From positions 1 to 64,000 of the forward strand of contig JAVHYY010000119.1 in NCBI GenBank assembly GCA_035221665.1: a DNA stretch of 64,000 bases, read 5' to 3'. A program made the position numbers and the translations under genes. Positions 49,901 through 62,805 of the stretch are shown piece by piece. Every line of letters starts with the position of its first letter. The stretch's first letter is position 1. This stretch comes from Okamejei kenojei. Taxonomy: Eukaryota. The notes beneath the pieces were generated by a model. It saw only the letters and a list, made by a program, of their open reading frames with translations. It made no database searches and had not been told where the DNA came from.

Positions 49901-50721
49901 GACAACAAACTAAACTAGATTTAATATTCGTGCCAAGGGACTTGCAATGTTCAAGCATTTTCACTTCATGTCCATCTGTTCATGTTTGAAGTCTTCTCAC
50001 ACAGTTTGTGGTCTGTCGCTGGTTCCTGCTTGTGAGAGGAAAATAGAACTGATTGATGAAACAACTGCCATCTTTTACCAAGATGTTTATCAGTGACAGG
50101 AGCAGAATTAGGCCATTCGGTCCATCAAGTCAACTCTGCCATTTGATCATGGCTGATCTCTCTCCTTTCGAACCCCATTCTCTCCCTCCCACTCTCACTC
50201 CCTTTCTCTCCCTCCTTTCTCTCCCTCCCTCCCTCTCTCCCTCCCTCACCCTCTCTCTCCCCCACTCCCTCCTAACCACCATAGTTGATTAGCTATACTC
50301 AGCATGGTTTATGTTCCATTTAGTTTAGAGAAACAGCGCGGAAACAGGCCCTTCGGCTCACCGAGTCCGCGCCGACCAGCGATTGCCCGTTCACACACTA
50401 GTTCTGTGTTTAGTTTAGAGATACAGCGCAGAAACAGGCCCCTCGGCCCACTGAGTCCGCGCCGACCAATGATCGCCCGTTCACACACTAGTTCTGTGTT
50501 TAGTTAAGAAATACAGCGCGGAAAGTCAAGTCAGATTTATTCGTCACATACACAATAAAGCGCAGTGAAATGAACTTGCCAGCAGCGGTAAAAAAAAAAG
50601 AATACACAATACATAATAAAAAATGTAACACCAACATCCACCACAGCATTTATCACTGTGGTGGAAAGCACAAAGTTTGGTCAGTCCTCCTCCATTTTCC
50701 CCGTGGTCGTGACCACAAACC

Positions 50722-53132
50722 ATATAACCATATAACCATTTAACAATTACAGCACGGAAACAGGCCCTCTAGGCCCTTCCAGTCCGTGCCGACCATTTGT
50801 TTTCCCCTAGTCCCATCTACCTACACTCAGACCATACCCCTCCATTCCCTTCACGTCCATATACCTATCCACTTTACTCTTAAATGTTAAAATCGATCCT
50901 GCCTCCACCACTTCTGCTGGAAGCTGATTCCACACAGCCACCACCCTCTGAGTAAAGAGGTTCCCCCTCACGTTACCCCGAAACCTCTGTCCCTTAATTC
51001 TCATGTCATGCCCTCTTGTTTGAATCTTCCCTACCCTCAATGGGAAAAGCTTATCCACGTCAACTCTGTCTATCCCTTTCATCATTTTAAAGACCTCAAT
51101 CAAGTCCCCCCTTAACCTTCTGCGCTCCAAAGAATAAAGACCTAACTTGTTCAACCTTTCTCTGTAACATAGTTGCTGGAACCCTGGCAACATTCTAGTA
51201 AATCTCCTCTGTACTCTCTCTATTTTGTTGACATCCTTCCGATAACTAGGCGACCAAAATTGTACACCATACTCCAGAATTGGTCTTACCAATGCCTTGT
51301 ACAATTTTAAACATTACTTCCCTACTCCTATATTCAATGCTCTGATTTATAAAGGCCAGCACACCAAAGGCTTTCTTTACCACCCTATCTACATGCGATT
51401 TCCACCTTCAGGGAACTATGCACAGTTATTCCTAGATCCCTCTGTTCCACAGCATTCCTCAATTCCCTACCATTTACCATGTAGGTCCTATTTTGATTTG
51501 TCCTGCCAAGATGTAGCACTTCACACTTATCAGCATTAAACTCCATCTGCCATCTTTCAGCCCACTTTTCCAAATGGCCCAAATCTCTCTGTAGACTTTG
51601 AAAATCTACTTCATTATCCACAACACCACCTATCTTAGTATCATCTGCATACTTACTTATCCAATTTTCCACCCCCATCATCCAGATCATTGATGTACAT
51701 GACAAACAACAGTGGACCCAACACAGATCCCTGAGGCACCCCACTGGTCACCGGCTTCCAACCTGACAAACAGCCATCCACCATTACTCTCTGACATCTC
51801 CCATTCAGCCACTGTTGAATCCATCTTGCTACTCCGCCAATAACACCCAAAGATTGAGCCTTCTTAACCAACCTTCCATGGGGAACCTTGTCAAAGGCCT
51901 TACTGAAATCCATATAGACAACATCCACTGCTTTACCCTCATAAATTTCCCTAGTTACCGCTTCAAAAAATTCAAGAAGGTTTGTCAAACATGACCTTCC
52001 AGGCACAAATCCATGTTGACTGTTCCTGATCAGACCCTGTTTATCCAGATGCTTATATATATTATCTCTAAGTATCCTTTCCATTAATTTGCCCACCACT
52101 GACGTCAAACTAATAGGTCTATAATTGCTAGGTTTATTCTTTGAACCCTTTCTAAACAATGGAACAACATGCGCAGTACGCCAATCCTCCGTCACTATTC
52201 CCGTTTCTAATGACATTTGAAATATTTCTGTCATAGCTCCTGCTATTTCTACACTAACTTCCGTCAATGTCCTAGGGAATATCCTGTCAGGACCTGGAGA
52301 CTTATCCACTTTTATATTTTTCAAAAGTGTCAGTACTTCCTCCTCTTTGAATCTCATAGTTTCCATAGCTACTCTACTCTTTCCCCTTAACTCACCGAGT
52401 TCAATATCCTTCTCCTTGGTGAATACCGAAGAAAAGAAATTATTCAATATCTCCCCCATCTCTTTTGGCTCTGCAGATAGCTGTCCATTCTGGTTCTCTA
52501 ATGGTCCAATTTTATCCCTCGTTATCCTTTTTGCTATTAATATAGCTGTAGAAACCCTTTGGGTTTACTTTCACCTTTCTTGCCAAAGCAACCTCATATC
52601 TTCTTTTAGCCTTCCTAATTTCTTTCTTAAGATTCTTTTTACATTCTTTATACTCCTCTAGCACCTCATTTATTCCATGCCTCCTATAATTATTGTAGAT
52701 ATCTCTCTTTTTTCGAAACAAGTGTCCAATTTCCCTTGAAAACCATGGCTCTTTCCAATTTTTACTATTTCCTTTCAACCTAACAGGGACATAAAGATTC
52801 TGTACTCTTACAATTTCCCCTTTAAATGTCTTCCATTTCTCTTTTACATCCTTCCCATGAAACAAAGTGTCCCAATTCACTCCTTTAAAATCCTTACGCA
52901 TTCCCTCAAAGTTAGCCTTTCTCCAATCAAAAATCTCTACCCTAGGTCCAGTTCTGACTCTCTCCATAATTAGATTGAAACTAATGGTATTGTGATCACT
53001 GGTCCCGAAGTGCTCACCAACGCATACCTCCGTCACCTGACCTGCCTCATTTCCTAACAGGAGGTCCAGCACTGCCCCTTCTCTGGTCGATACCTCTATG
53101 TACTGCTGCAAAAAACTATCCTGCACACATTT
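50722..53132 (-). mobile_element. CR1 LINE, non-inverted 3' portion (EN C-terminus, RT, (TATATGGT)n tail)
   Basis: CVQDSFLQQY..; [10 protein letters not shown]; [11 protein letters not shown]; SKYADDTK. Tail repeats at 50719-50745. Confidence 0.92.
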
Positions 53133-53502
53133 CAGAGGCCCACAGGAGCCGTTGGAAGAGAAGGAGGGGGAGGAGCGACACCCGACCGGTAAGCTTCAAA
53201 ATCTAGCGCGGGGCTTGTTTTCTTTCAGAGGCCCACAGGAGCCGTTGGAAGAGAAGGAGGGGGAGGAGCGACACCCGACCGGTAAGCTTTAAAATCCAGC
53301 GCGGGGCTTGTTTTCTTTCAGAGGCCCACAGGAGCCATTGGAAGAGAAGGAGGGGGAGGAGCGACACCCGACCGGTAAGCTTCAAAATCTAGCGCGGGGC
53401 TTGTTTTCTTTCAGAGGCCCACAGGAGCCGTTGGAAGAGGAAGAGGGGGAGGAGCGACACCCGACCGGTAAGCTTCAAAATCTAGCGCGGGGCTTGTTTT
53501 CT
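53131..53502 (+). repeat. Four 93-bp tandem monomers at the CR1 5' end
   Basis: The unit start TTCAGAGG recurs at 53131, 53224, 53317 and 53410, with a partial start (TTCAG) at 53503. Confidence 0.93.
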
Positions 53503-55243
53503 TTCAGGAGCTTACCCAAATCCATAACATTCCATTTGGAGAAGTGGGGTTTTTTTTTGAGGAAGCCGCTGATTGGTGGGAAGTGGACCAGGGTAAGCAG
53601 CTGATTGGCAGTCAGATCCCAGCAGTTTGTTGTGTACTTTGTATTGTGTTGCTGTTGTATCCTGTGTAGGGGGGGCAGTATGAAGGCCAGGGCAGTGTAC
53701 TGTTCTGGATGTCAGATGTGGGAGGTCAGGGAATCTGATAGCCCTCCAGACGTCCACATCTGCGCCAGGTGTGTTGAGATGGGGCTCCTAAAGGACTGTG
53801 TTAGGACCTGGAGCAGCAGCTCGATGACCTCCGTCTCCTCAGGGAGAGTGAGGAGGTAATAGAGAGGAGCTACAGGGAGGTAGTCACTCCCAGACCACAG
53901 GAGGCAGACAAGTGGGTCACGGTTAGGAAGGGCAAGGGGCAGAGGCAGGGGCTAGAGAGTACCCCTGTGACCGTACACCTGGAAAATAGGTACTCGGGTT
54001 TGAGTACGATTGGAGGGGACAGCCTAGCTGGGGGCACCAACAGCGGCCGGGCCTCCGGCACAGAGACCGGCCCTGATGCTCAGAAGGGTAGCAAAAAGAG
54101 GAGGGCAATTGTAATAGGGGACTCTATAGTTAGGGGGTCGGATAGGCGATTCTGTAGACGCAGTCGGGAGACCCGGATGGTAGTTTGCTTCCCTGGTGTC
54201 AGGGTCTCGCATGTGTCAGAACGTGTACAAAAGATTCTGATAAGGGAGGGAGAGGAGCCTGATGTTGTGGCACACATAGGTACCAATGACATAGGCAGAA
54301 AAAGTGATGAGGTCCTGAAGGGAGAATTTAGGGAGTTGGGGGGAAAGTTAAGGAGAAGGACCAAAAGGGTAACGATTTCAGGATTACTGCCTGTGCCGCG
54401 TGACAGTGGGAGAAGGAATGAAATGAGGTGGAGGATAAATGCGTGGCTGAGGGACTGGTGCAGTGGGCAGGGATTCAAGTTTCTTGATCATTGGGACCTC
54501 TTTTGGGGAAGGCATGATCTGTACACAAAGGACGGGTTGCACTTGAGCCCGAGGGGGGACCAATATCCTGGCAGGGAGATTTGCAAAGGCTACTGGGGAG
54601 ACTTTAAACTAGAAAGGCTGGGGGGAAGGACTCTGGTAGAGGGGGCTAGGGGTCAGGGTGTGGGGCAAGAGGCAGAGAAGGGAAGCACTCGGATCCAAAA
54701 TGTAGGCGAGAAAGATGAAAAAGATAATAGACCGAGAAGAAGGGATGGTGGGTTTCTAAAATGTGTATATTTTAATGCTAGGAGCATTGTAAGTAAGGTG
54801 GACAAACTTAGAGCCTGGATTGACACCTGGAAATATGATGTTGTGGCAATCAGTGAAACATGGTTGCAGGAGGGCTGTGATTGGAAACTAAATATTCCAG
54901 GATTTCGTTGCTTCAGGTGTGATAGAATTGGAGGGACCAGAGGGGGAGATGTTGCATTGCTTGTCAGAGAAGATATTACAGCAGTGCTTTGGCAGGATAG
55001 ATTAGAGGGCTCATCTAGGGAGGCTATTTGGGTGGAACTGAGAAGTGGGAACGGTGTAGCAACACTTTTAGGGGTGTATTATAGACCGCCAAATGGGGAG
55101 CGTGAATTGGAAGAGCAAATATGTAAGGAGATAGCAGATATTAGTAGTAAGCACAAGGTAGTGATTGTGGGAGATTTCAATTTTCCAAAAATAGACTGGG
55201 AAACACATTCTGAAAATGGGCTGGATGGTTTGGAGTTTGTAAA
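53131..55243 (+). mobile_element. Inverted 5' portion of the same CR1 (5'UTR monomers, ORF1 Zn-knuckle + SGNH esterase, EN N-terminus)
   Basis: CSGCQMW..HICARC; IVIGDSIVRG..HIGTND..DGLHL; YFNARSI..ISETW..YRPP..GDFN..GLDGLEFV, which continues in the minus-strand part as KCVQDSF. Confidence 0.9.
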
Positions 55244-56524
55244 CCTCTGCAGTTGCCGCTGCGGGCGGCCAGATGTGCAGACAACGCAAGTCCTGAATTG
55301 GTGCTTCCTTACTGGAGACCGCTGCTTCAAAATTGTGTAGGTCGCAGGCCGGCGGTCGAAGATCTAAAGGCCCTTCGGCCCACCGAGCCCGTGTCGACTA
55401 GCGATCATCCGTTCACACACTAGTTCTGTGTTTAGTTTAGAGAAACAGCGTGGAAACAGGCCTTTCGGCCCACCGAGTCTTTGCTGACCAGCGATCCCCT
55501 CACACTGACATTATCCTACACACACTCGGGACAATTTACACTTACATCAAGCCAATTTAACTACATACCTGCACGTGTTTGGAATGTGGGAGGAAACCGA
55601 AGTTCTCAGAAAAAACCCACCCAGATCACGGGGAGAACGTACAAACTCCTTACAGACAGTGCCCGTGGTCAGGATCGAACCCGGGTCTCTGGCGCTGCAA
55701 GCGCTGTAAGGCAACAACTTTATCACTGGGCCTGTTTCAGATAGGGACTCATCTGTAGACTTTGTAGTCCAGGGTACTTCAGTAGTTTAGGTGAGTTGAA
55801 TTTATTGTCCTGTGTGCAGTGAAAAGCTTCTTTGTTGCGTGCTAACCAGTCAGCAGAAAGACTGTACATGATTACAATCGAGCCGTCCACAGTGTACAGA
55901 TACAGGATAAAGGGAATAACGTATAGTGCAAGGCAAAGTCCGATGAAAGAGAGTCCGAGGGTTTCCAATGAGGTAGGTAGTTCAGGACCGCTCTCTGGTT
56001 GGTGAGAGGACGGTTCAGTTGCCTGATAACAGCCGGGATGAAACTGTCCCTGAATCTGGAGGTGTGCGTTCGTTTTCACACTTCTGTACCTCTTGCCCGA
56101 TGGGAGAGGGGAGGAGAGGGAGTGACCGGCTGCATCCGCAACACTCGGTCTTGGATGGAGCTGTTCTCAAAACAGACTCTGATATCATCACCGATCTATC
56201 ATGACCCAATCACAATGAATCTATACCCAAGAAGCCACACCAATACCTCGACATCCCGTAGAGGTTTAGCACCTCTTTAGTGGCGTTCACACACTTCCAC
56301 AGATGCACCAGAAAAAGCATATTGTCAGACTACATCACAGCTTGGTTTGGGAACACCGCCTTGAAACATGGAAAAAAGGTGCAGGAGTAGGCCATTCGGC
56401 CCTTTGAGCCAGCACCACCATTCAATATGATCATGGCTGATCATCCACAATCAGTACCCCGTTCCTGCCTTCTACCTATATCCCTTGATTCCTTTTGCCT
56501 TAAGAGTTAAATCTAACACTCTCT

Positions 56525-59075
56525 TGTAGGGTGTAAGTTGCAGCAGGAGTTAAAACTGGCATGTAACAAAGGTAATGCCACTGTGGTGATGGGGGATTTC
56601 AATATGCAGGTAGACTGGGAAAATCAGGTTGGTTCAGTACCCCAAGAAAGAGAGTTTGTAGAATGCCGCCGAGATGGATTCTTAGAGCAGCTTGTAAAGG
56701 AGCCGACCAGAGAAAAGGCAATTCTGGATTTATTGTTGTCCAATGAACCAGATATGATAAGAGAACTCGAGGTAAAGGAACCGCTTGGAGGTAGTGATCA
56801 TAATATGATTAGCTTTAATCTGCAATTTGAGAAGGAGAACGGAAGTGGCTGTGATGCAGTTGAACAAAGCAGACTATGAAGGCATGAGAGAGGAGCTGGC
56901 CAAAGTAGACTGGAAAGGGATCCTAGCAGGAATGATGGTGGCACAGCAATGGCAGGAATTTCTGGGCATTATGCAGAAGACGCAGGATCATTTCATTCCA
57001 AAAAGGAAGATAGATTCTAAGGGGAGTAGGAGGCAACCGTGGCTGACAAGAGAAGTTAGGGATAGAATAAAACTAAAAGAAACGATGTATAACACAGCAA
57101 AGAGTAGCCGGAAGCCGGAAGATTGGGAAACTCTCATAGGACAACAGAAGGAAACAAAACGGGCAATATGGGCTGAAAAGATGAAGTACGAGGGGAAGCT
57201 GGCCAGGAATATAAAGAAGGACAGTAAAAGCTTCTTTGGATATGTTAAGGGAAAAAGAGTAGCAAAGTCAAATGTGGGTCCCTTGAAGGCAGACACGGTT
57301 GAAATTATTATGGGAAACAAGGAAATGGCAGAAGAGTTGAATAGGTACTTCGGATCCGTCTTCACTAAGGAGAACACAAACAATCTCCCAGATGTACTGG
57401 AGGGCAGAGGATCTAAGGGGGTAGAGGAACTGAAAGAAATTTTCATTAGGCGAGAAATAGTATTGGGAAGGCTAATGGGACTGAAGGATGATAAATCCCC
57501 TGGGCCCAATGGTCTGGATCACAGGGTCCTCAGGGAGGTGGCTCTAGAAATAGTGGACGCAGTGTTGGTCATTTTCCAATGTTCAATAGATTCAGGATCA
57601 GTTCCTGTGGATTGGAGGATAGCTAATGTTATCCCACTTTTCAAGAAAGGAGCGAGAGAGAAAAGGGGGAATTACAGAGCAGTTAGCCTGACTTCGGTGG
57701 TGGGAAAGATGCTGGAGTCAATTATTAAAGAGGTAATAATGGATCATTTGGATAGCAGTAAAAGGATTAGTCCAAGTCAACATGGATTTATGAAAGGGAA
57801 ATCATGCTTGACTAATCTTCTGGAATTTTTTGAGGATGTGACAAGTAAAATGGATGAAGGGGTGCCAGTGGATGTAGCGTATCTAGGCTTTCAGAAAGCT
57901 TTTGATAAGGTCCCGCACGGGAGACTGGTAACTAAAATTAGAGCACATGGTATTGGAGGTAGGGTGTTGACATGGATAGAAAATTGGTTGGCGGACCGGA
58001 AGCAAAGAGTAGGAGTGAACGGGTCCTTTTCAGAATGGCAGGCAGTGGTGAGTGGAGTGCCGCAAGGCTCGGTGTTGGGGCCGCAATTGTTTACCATATA
58101 TATAAATGATTTGGAAGAGGGAATTAGGAGCAACACTAGCAAGTTTGCGGATGGCATAAAGCTGGGTGGCAGTGTGATCTGTGAAGAGGTTGTTAGGAGG
58201 TTGCAGGGGGACCTGGACAGGTTGAGTGAGTGGGCAGATGCATGGCAGATGCAGTATAATATAGATAAATGTGAGGTTATCCACTTTGGCAGAAAAACAA
58301 GGGGGCAGATTATTATCTCAATGGGGTTAGGTTAGGTAAGGGGGAGGTACAGCGAGACCTGGGTGTCCTTGTACACCAGTCACTGAAAGTTGGCATGCAG
58401 GTACAGCAGGCATTGAAGAAAGCTAATGGAATTTTGGCTTTCATAACAAGAGAATTTCAGTACAGGAGTAAAGAGGTACTTCTGCAGTTGTATAGGGCTC
58501 TGGTGAGACCACATCTGGAGCATTGTGTACAGTTTTGGTCTCCTAATTTGAGGAAGGACATCCTTGTGATTGAGGCAGTGCAGCATAGGTTCACGAGATT
58601 GATCCCTGGGATGGAGGGACTGTCATATGAGGAAAGATTGAAAAGACTAGGATTGTAGTCACTGGAGTTTAGAAGGATGAGGGGGAATCTTACAGAAACA
58701 TATAAAATTATAAAAGGACTGGACAAGCTAGATGCAGGAAAAATGTTCCCAATGTTGGGTGAGTCCAGAACCAGGGGCCACAGTCTTAGAATAAAGGGGA
58801 AGTCATTTAAGACTGAGCTGAAAAAAAACTTTTTTACCCAGAGAGTTGTGAATTTATGGAATTCCCTGCCACAGAGGGCAGTGGAGGCCAAATCACTGGA
58901 TGGATTTAAGAGAGAGTTGGATGGAGCTCTAGGACCTAGTGGAGTCAAGGAATATGGGGAGAAGACAAGCACGGGTTATTGATAGCGGACGATCAGCCAT
59001 GATCATATTCAATGGTGGTGCTGGCTCGAAGGGCCGAATGGGCTCCTCCTGCACCTATTTTTTATGTTTCTATGA
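56525..59075 (+). mobile_element. CR1 LINE, paralog of 33166-35710 (copy B)
   Basis: The 502-aa ORF at 56827-58335 is nearly identical to copy A, with the same boundaries and flanks. Confidence 0.92.
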
Positions 59076-60838
59076 AAAGATACAGTGAATCGGCTTCCAT
59101 TGCCTTCTGTGGCAGAGAATTCCTCAGATTCTCAACTCTGGGTGGAATTTTTTTTTCTCATCTCAGTCCTCTATTCTTAAACAGTGTGTAGCCCCTGGAT
59201 CTGCATGCCCCCAACATCAGGAACATGTTTCCTGCCTCTAGCGTGTCCAATCGCTTAATAGTCTTATATGTTTCAATAAAATTCCCTCTCATCCTTCTAA
59301 ACTCCAGAATGTACAAGCCAAGCCGCTACATTCTTTCAGCATATGACAGTCCCGCCATCCCGGGAATTAACCTGGTGAACCTATGCTGCACTCCCTCAAT
59401 AGCAAGAATGTCCTTCCTCAAATTTGGAGACCAAAACTGCACATAATACTCCAGGTGCGGTCTCACCAGGGCCCTGTACAACTGCAGCAGGACCTCTTTG
59501 CTCCTATACTCAAATCCTCTCGCTATGAAGGCCAACATGCCACTGGCTTTCTTCATTTTCTGCTGCACCTGGATGTTTACTAGTCAAGTCAAGAGTGTTT
59601 TATTGTCATATGTCTTGCTATTGAGGGAGTGCAGCATAGGTTCACCAGGTTAATTCCCAGGATGGTGGGACGGTCATATGCTGAGAGAATGGAGCGGCTG
59701 GGCTTGTACACGCTGGAGTTCAGAAGGATGAGAGGGCATCTTATTGAAACATATAAGATTATTAAGGGTTTGGACACGCTAGAGGCAGGAAGCATGTTCC
59801 CGATGTTGGGGGAGTCCAGAATCAGGGGCCACAGTTTAAGAATAAGGGGTCGACCATTTAGAACGGAGGAAACACTTTTTCACCCGCGAGTTGCGAGTCT
59901 TGTGGAATTCTCTGCCTGAGGTGGAGGCCGGTTCTCTGGATACTTGCAAGAGAGAGTTAGATAGGGCTCTTGAAGATAGCGGAGTCAGGGGATATGGGGA
60001 GCAGGCAGGAACAGGGTACTGATTGTGGATGATCATCCATGATCACATTGAATGGCGGTGCTGGCTGGAAGGGCTGAATGGCCTACTCCTGCACCTGTTG
60101 TCTATTGTCTATTGCCGGATGGGACAATTAAATTCTTACTTGCGGCAGCACAACAGAATATGTGAATATGTAAACATATTACATAATGGGGGAAGAGAAA
60201 AAATGTTCAATAAATAACCAATATAGTGCAGTATATAGTATTTTGCAGTTCAGAGCTCAGAGTTTATTTGTTGTTCTATTTAATAGCCTGATCATTGACT
60301 GATGTACATTGAAGGACATTGCACTTCCCCATTTCCTAATCTGACACCATTTAGATAATAATCTGCCTTCCTGTTTTTGTCACCAAAGTGGTCAACCTCA
60401 CATTTATCCACATTGTACTGCACCTGACAACTCACCCAACCTGTCCAAGTCACCCTGCATCCTCATCGCAGCTCACACTGCCACCCAGCTTTGTGCCATC
60501 CGCAAACCCAAACTCTTCACAAGATTCTCTTTCATCGCCTCCATCTACACCTCACGCTGCCTCGGCAAGGTCAGCAGCATAATCGCGGACCAGTCTCACC
60601 CCCGGTCACTCCCTCTTCTCCCCTTTCCCCATCAAGAGATACAGAAGTGTGAAAAAGAACACACACACCTCCTGATTCAGGGGCAGTTTCTTCCTGGCTG
60701 TTATCAGGCAACTGAACCATCCTACAGCAACTAGAGAGCGGTCCTGAACAATTATCTACCTCATTGGTGACCCTCGGAATATCCTTGATCGGCCTTTACC
60801 TTGCACTAAAGTATAAGAATGATCCCAGGAATGAATGG

Positions 60839-62270
60839 TGTTGTATTCAAGGGCTAAATAACTCACAAACGACACTTGGTGTACAGAACCCGAAGTGTAT
60901 TTATTTCAAGTCATCTTGGCTGCTGCTAAAGCCCTGCAGATCCCCCCGGGACCCTCCCTGAGGAGACATTCATCTCGAGGCAGATCCCTCTAATGGTGAC
61001 TGCAGGACACAACATCTCCCTCCTTATAAACGAAGGTTAATATATAAGTCCCGTTATCCACCCAAATATGTCCATATGCAATTAGTCCAACATAACAGCT
61101 CGGTGAACATAACGTTTATGGCTTCACAGCTGATAATCGTGCAGATATTGAAGTCTCCTCCTGTGTAGCTGAGAGCGTCGAGCGGCAATAGACTGCTCTG
61201 CTTTATGCTCTGCTTTATGCTGACCACAATCACTGTCTTGATTGGATATTGGGAAGGGAAAAGTGTCCTATTCGTCTTCTTCCTGTCCCTGTCTACTTGC
61301 AATGAGACGCCTCGCGTTCCATCTGGTGTCATCTTGGAGGAGGTACGCGTTCTCGCCGAATCTCCGTTTAATCCGTATCGGATTGGAGACTGCGCTTGCG
61401 AGCTTATGCTGTCTGTTAGGGTTGCTGATTCGTACCCAGTCGCCGACCTTGAACCGCGGCGCTCATACTCTGCATTTGGCTTCACAGTATGCTTTCCCTT
61501 TTGCTTGTCTGTGTGCTATCATTTCCGCCCTCGCTCTCGTGTCTGGATTTGGGTGCAATGATGGTTGAAGAGCATTCAGTTTTGTTCGCAGGTTTCACCC
61601 TATCATCAGCTCTGCTGGCGTTTTCCCAGTCAACGTGTGTGGTGTGGATCTGTAGGATCTGAGGAGAATATGGATTGACTGTTCGAACGTTTTCCCCTCC
61701 GACATGCTCGCTTTTATGCAAATTGCTTCACTGGTTCGCCCTGTCCCTGAGACCGTTGGCGAAACCGGTATCTCACTATCAGCACACTTGTCTTTGGGCG
61801 AAAATATTTGCCCAGTGCATTAACTGCAGTATTGTACTCACTTGTTGCCACACTGTCGAGCTGCGCGAAGATTCGTTGTCCCTCCGTTCCAAGGCAATGC
61901 AGCAGAATCGCTCGGCGGCGAATGTCCGAAATAGCCACGTCGTCCAGGCCACTTACGATCAGGGAAGTCTTGAAACTTCCATACCAGCGTATCCATGGTA
62001 CAGGAGGCTCTCCTGGAGTTTCCAAGAATGGAGATGGGGCAGCGATGGTTAAACCAGCCAACCTCGTCGCCAAATGTTGTATTCGAGGGCTAAATAACTC
62101 ACAAACGACACTTGGTGTACAGAACCCGGTGTATTTATTTCAAGCCAACATGGCTGCTGCTAAATCCCTGCAGATCCCCCCGGGACCCTCGCTAAGGAAA
62201 CATTCATTTCGAGACAGAGCCCTCTTAGTGTTTTCTATGGTGACTCATGGTATCAGGACACATACAAACA
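60839..62270 (-). mobile_element. Internally deleted copy of the same Gypsy element (LTRs 60839-61014 and 62075-62270)
   Basis: The gag 5' part is joined directly to the integrase 3' region at about 61719 (TTTTATGC|AAATTGC). About 2.8 kb present in copy A is missing. Confidence 0.9.
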
Positions 62271-62356
62271 TCTCCCTCTCCCTCCTTACCCCCCCTCTCT
62301 CCCTCCATCCCTCTCTCCCTCCCTCCCTCCCTCCCTCCCTCTCTCCCTCTTCCTAT

Positions 62357-62805
62357 CTGCATGAAATACTCTTGGAGGAGACAGTCGACCGACAGATCTG
62401 AAACCTGCAGAGGCTGCACCTCATTCAAAGTGTCACAGCATTTAATTAGAACCTGTTCAAGCTGATGATAGGAGAGGAGAGGAGAAAGGGGAGGAGAGGA
62501 GAGGGGAGGAGGAGAGCAGAGGGCAGGAGAGGAGAGTGGAGGGGAGGAGGGGGGAGGAGAGGGGAGGGGAGGGGCGGAGAGGGGAGTGGAGTTTAGCTTA
62601 GTATAGCTACTTACACACCTCCCCATCTCTGTAACCCTCCCCTCTCTCCAGCCTACACCCCTCACCCGTTTCTGTAACCCCTCCCCACTTACGTGTCTGG
62701 GTTTGTGAAGTTAAAAGACCTTACACACTGCGAGAAATGTGTCGGACTCCATTGATATCCCTGTGTCTCTCCCATGTCCGTAAACGAGAATCAGCTCTCT
62801 CATCC
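62357..62805 (-). pseudogene. PDE9A: PDE9-like exons a (62693-62805, with indels) and b (62357-62461), copy B
   Basis: [35 protein letters not shown] with the same dead AT donor. Exon a is frameshifted. Confidence 0.8.

Noticed and set aside
53967-55340. 457-aa SGNH-hydrolase/endonuclease ORF as a host gene
   Set aside because: It is CR1 ORF1 frameshift-fused to the start of ORF2 inside the inverted element.
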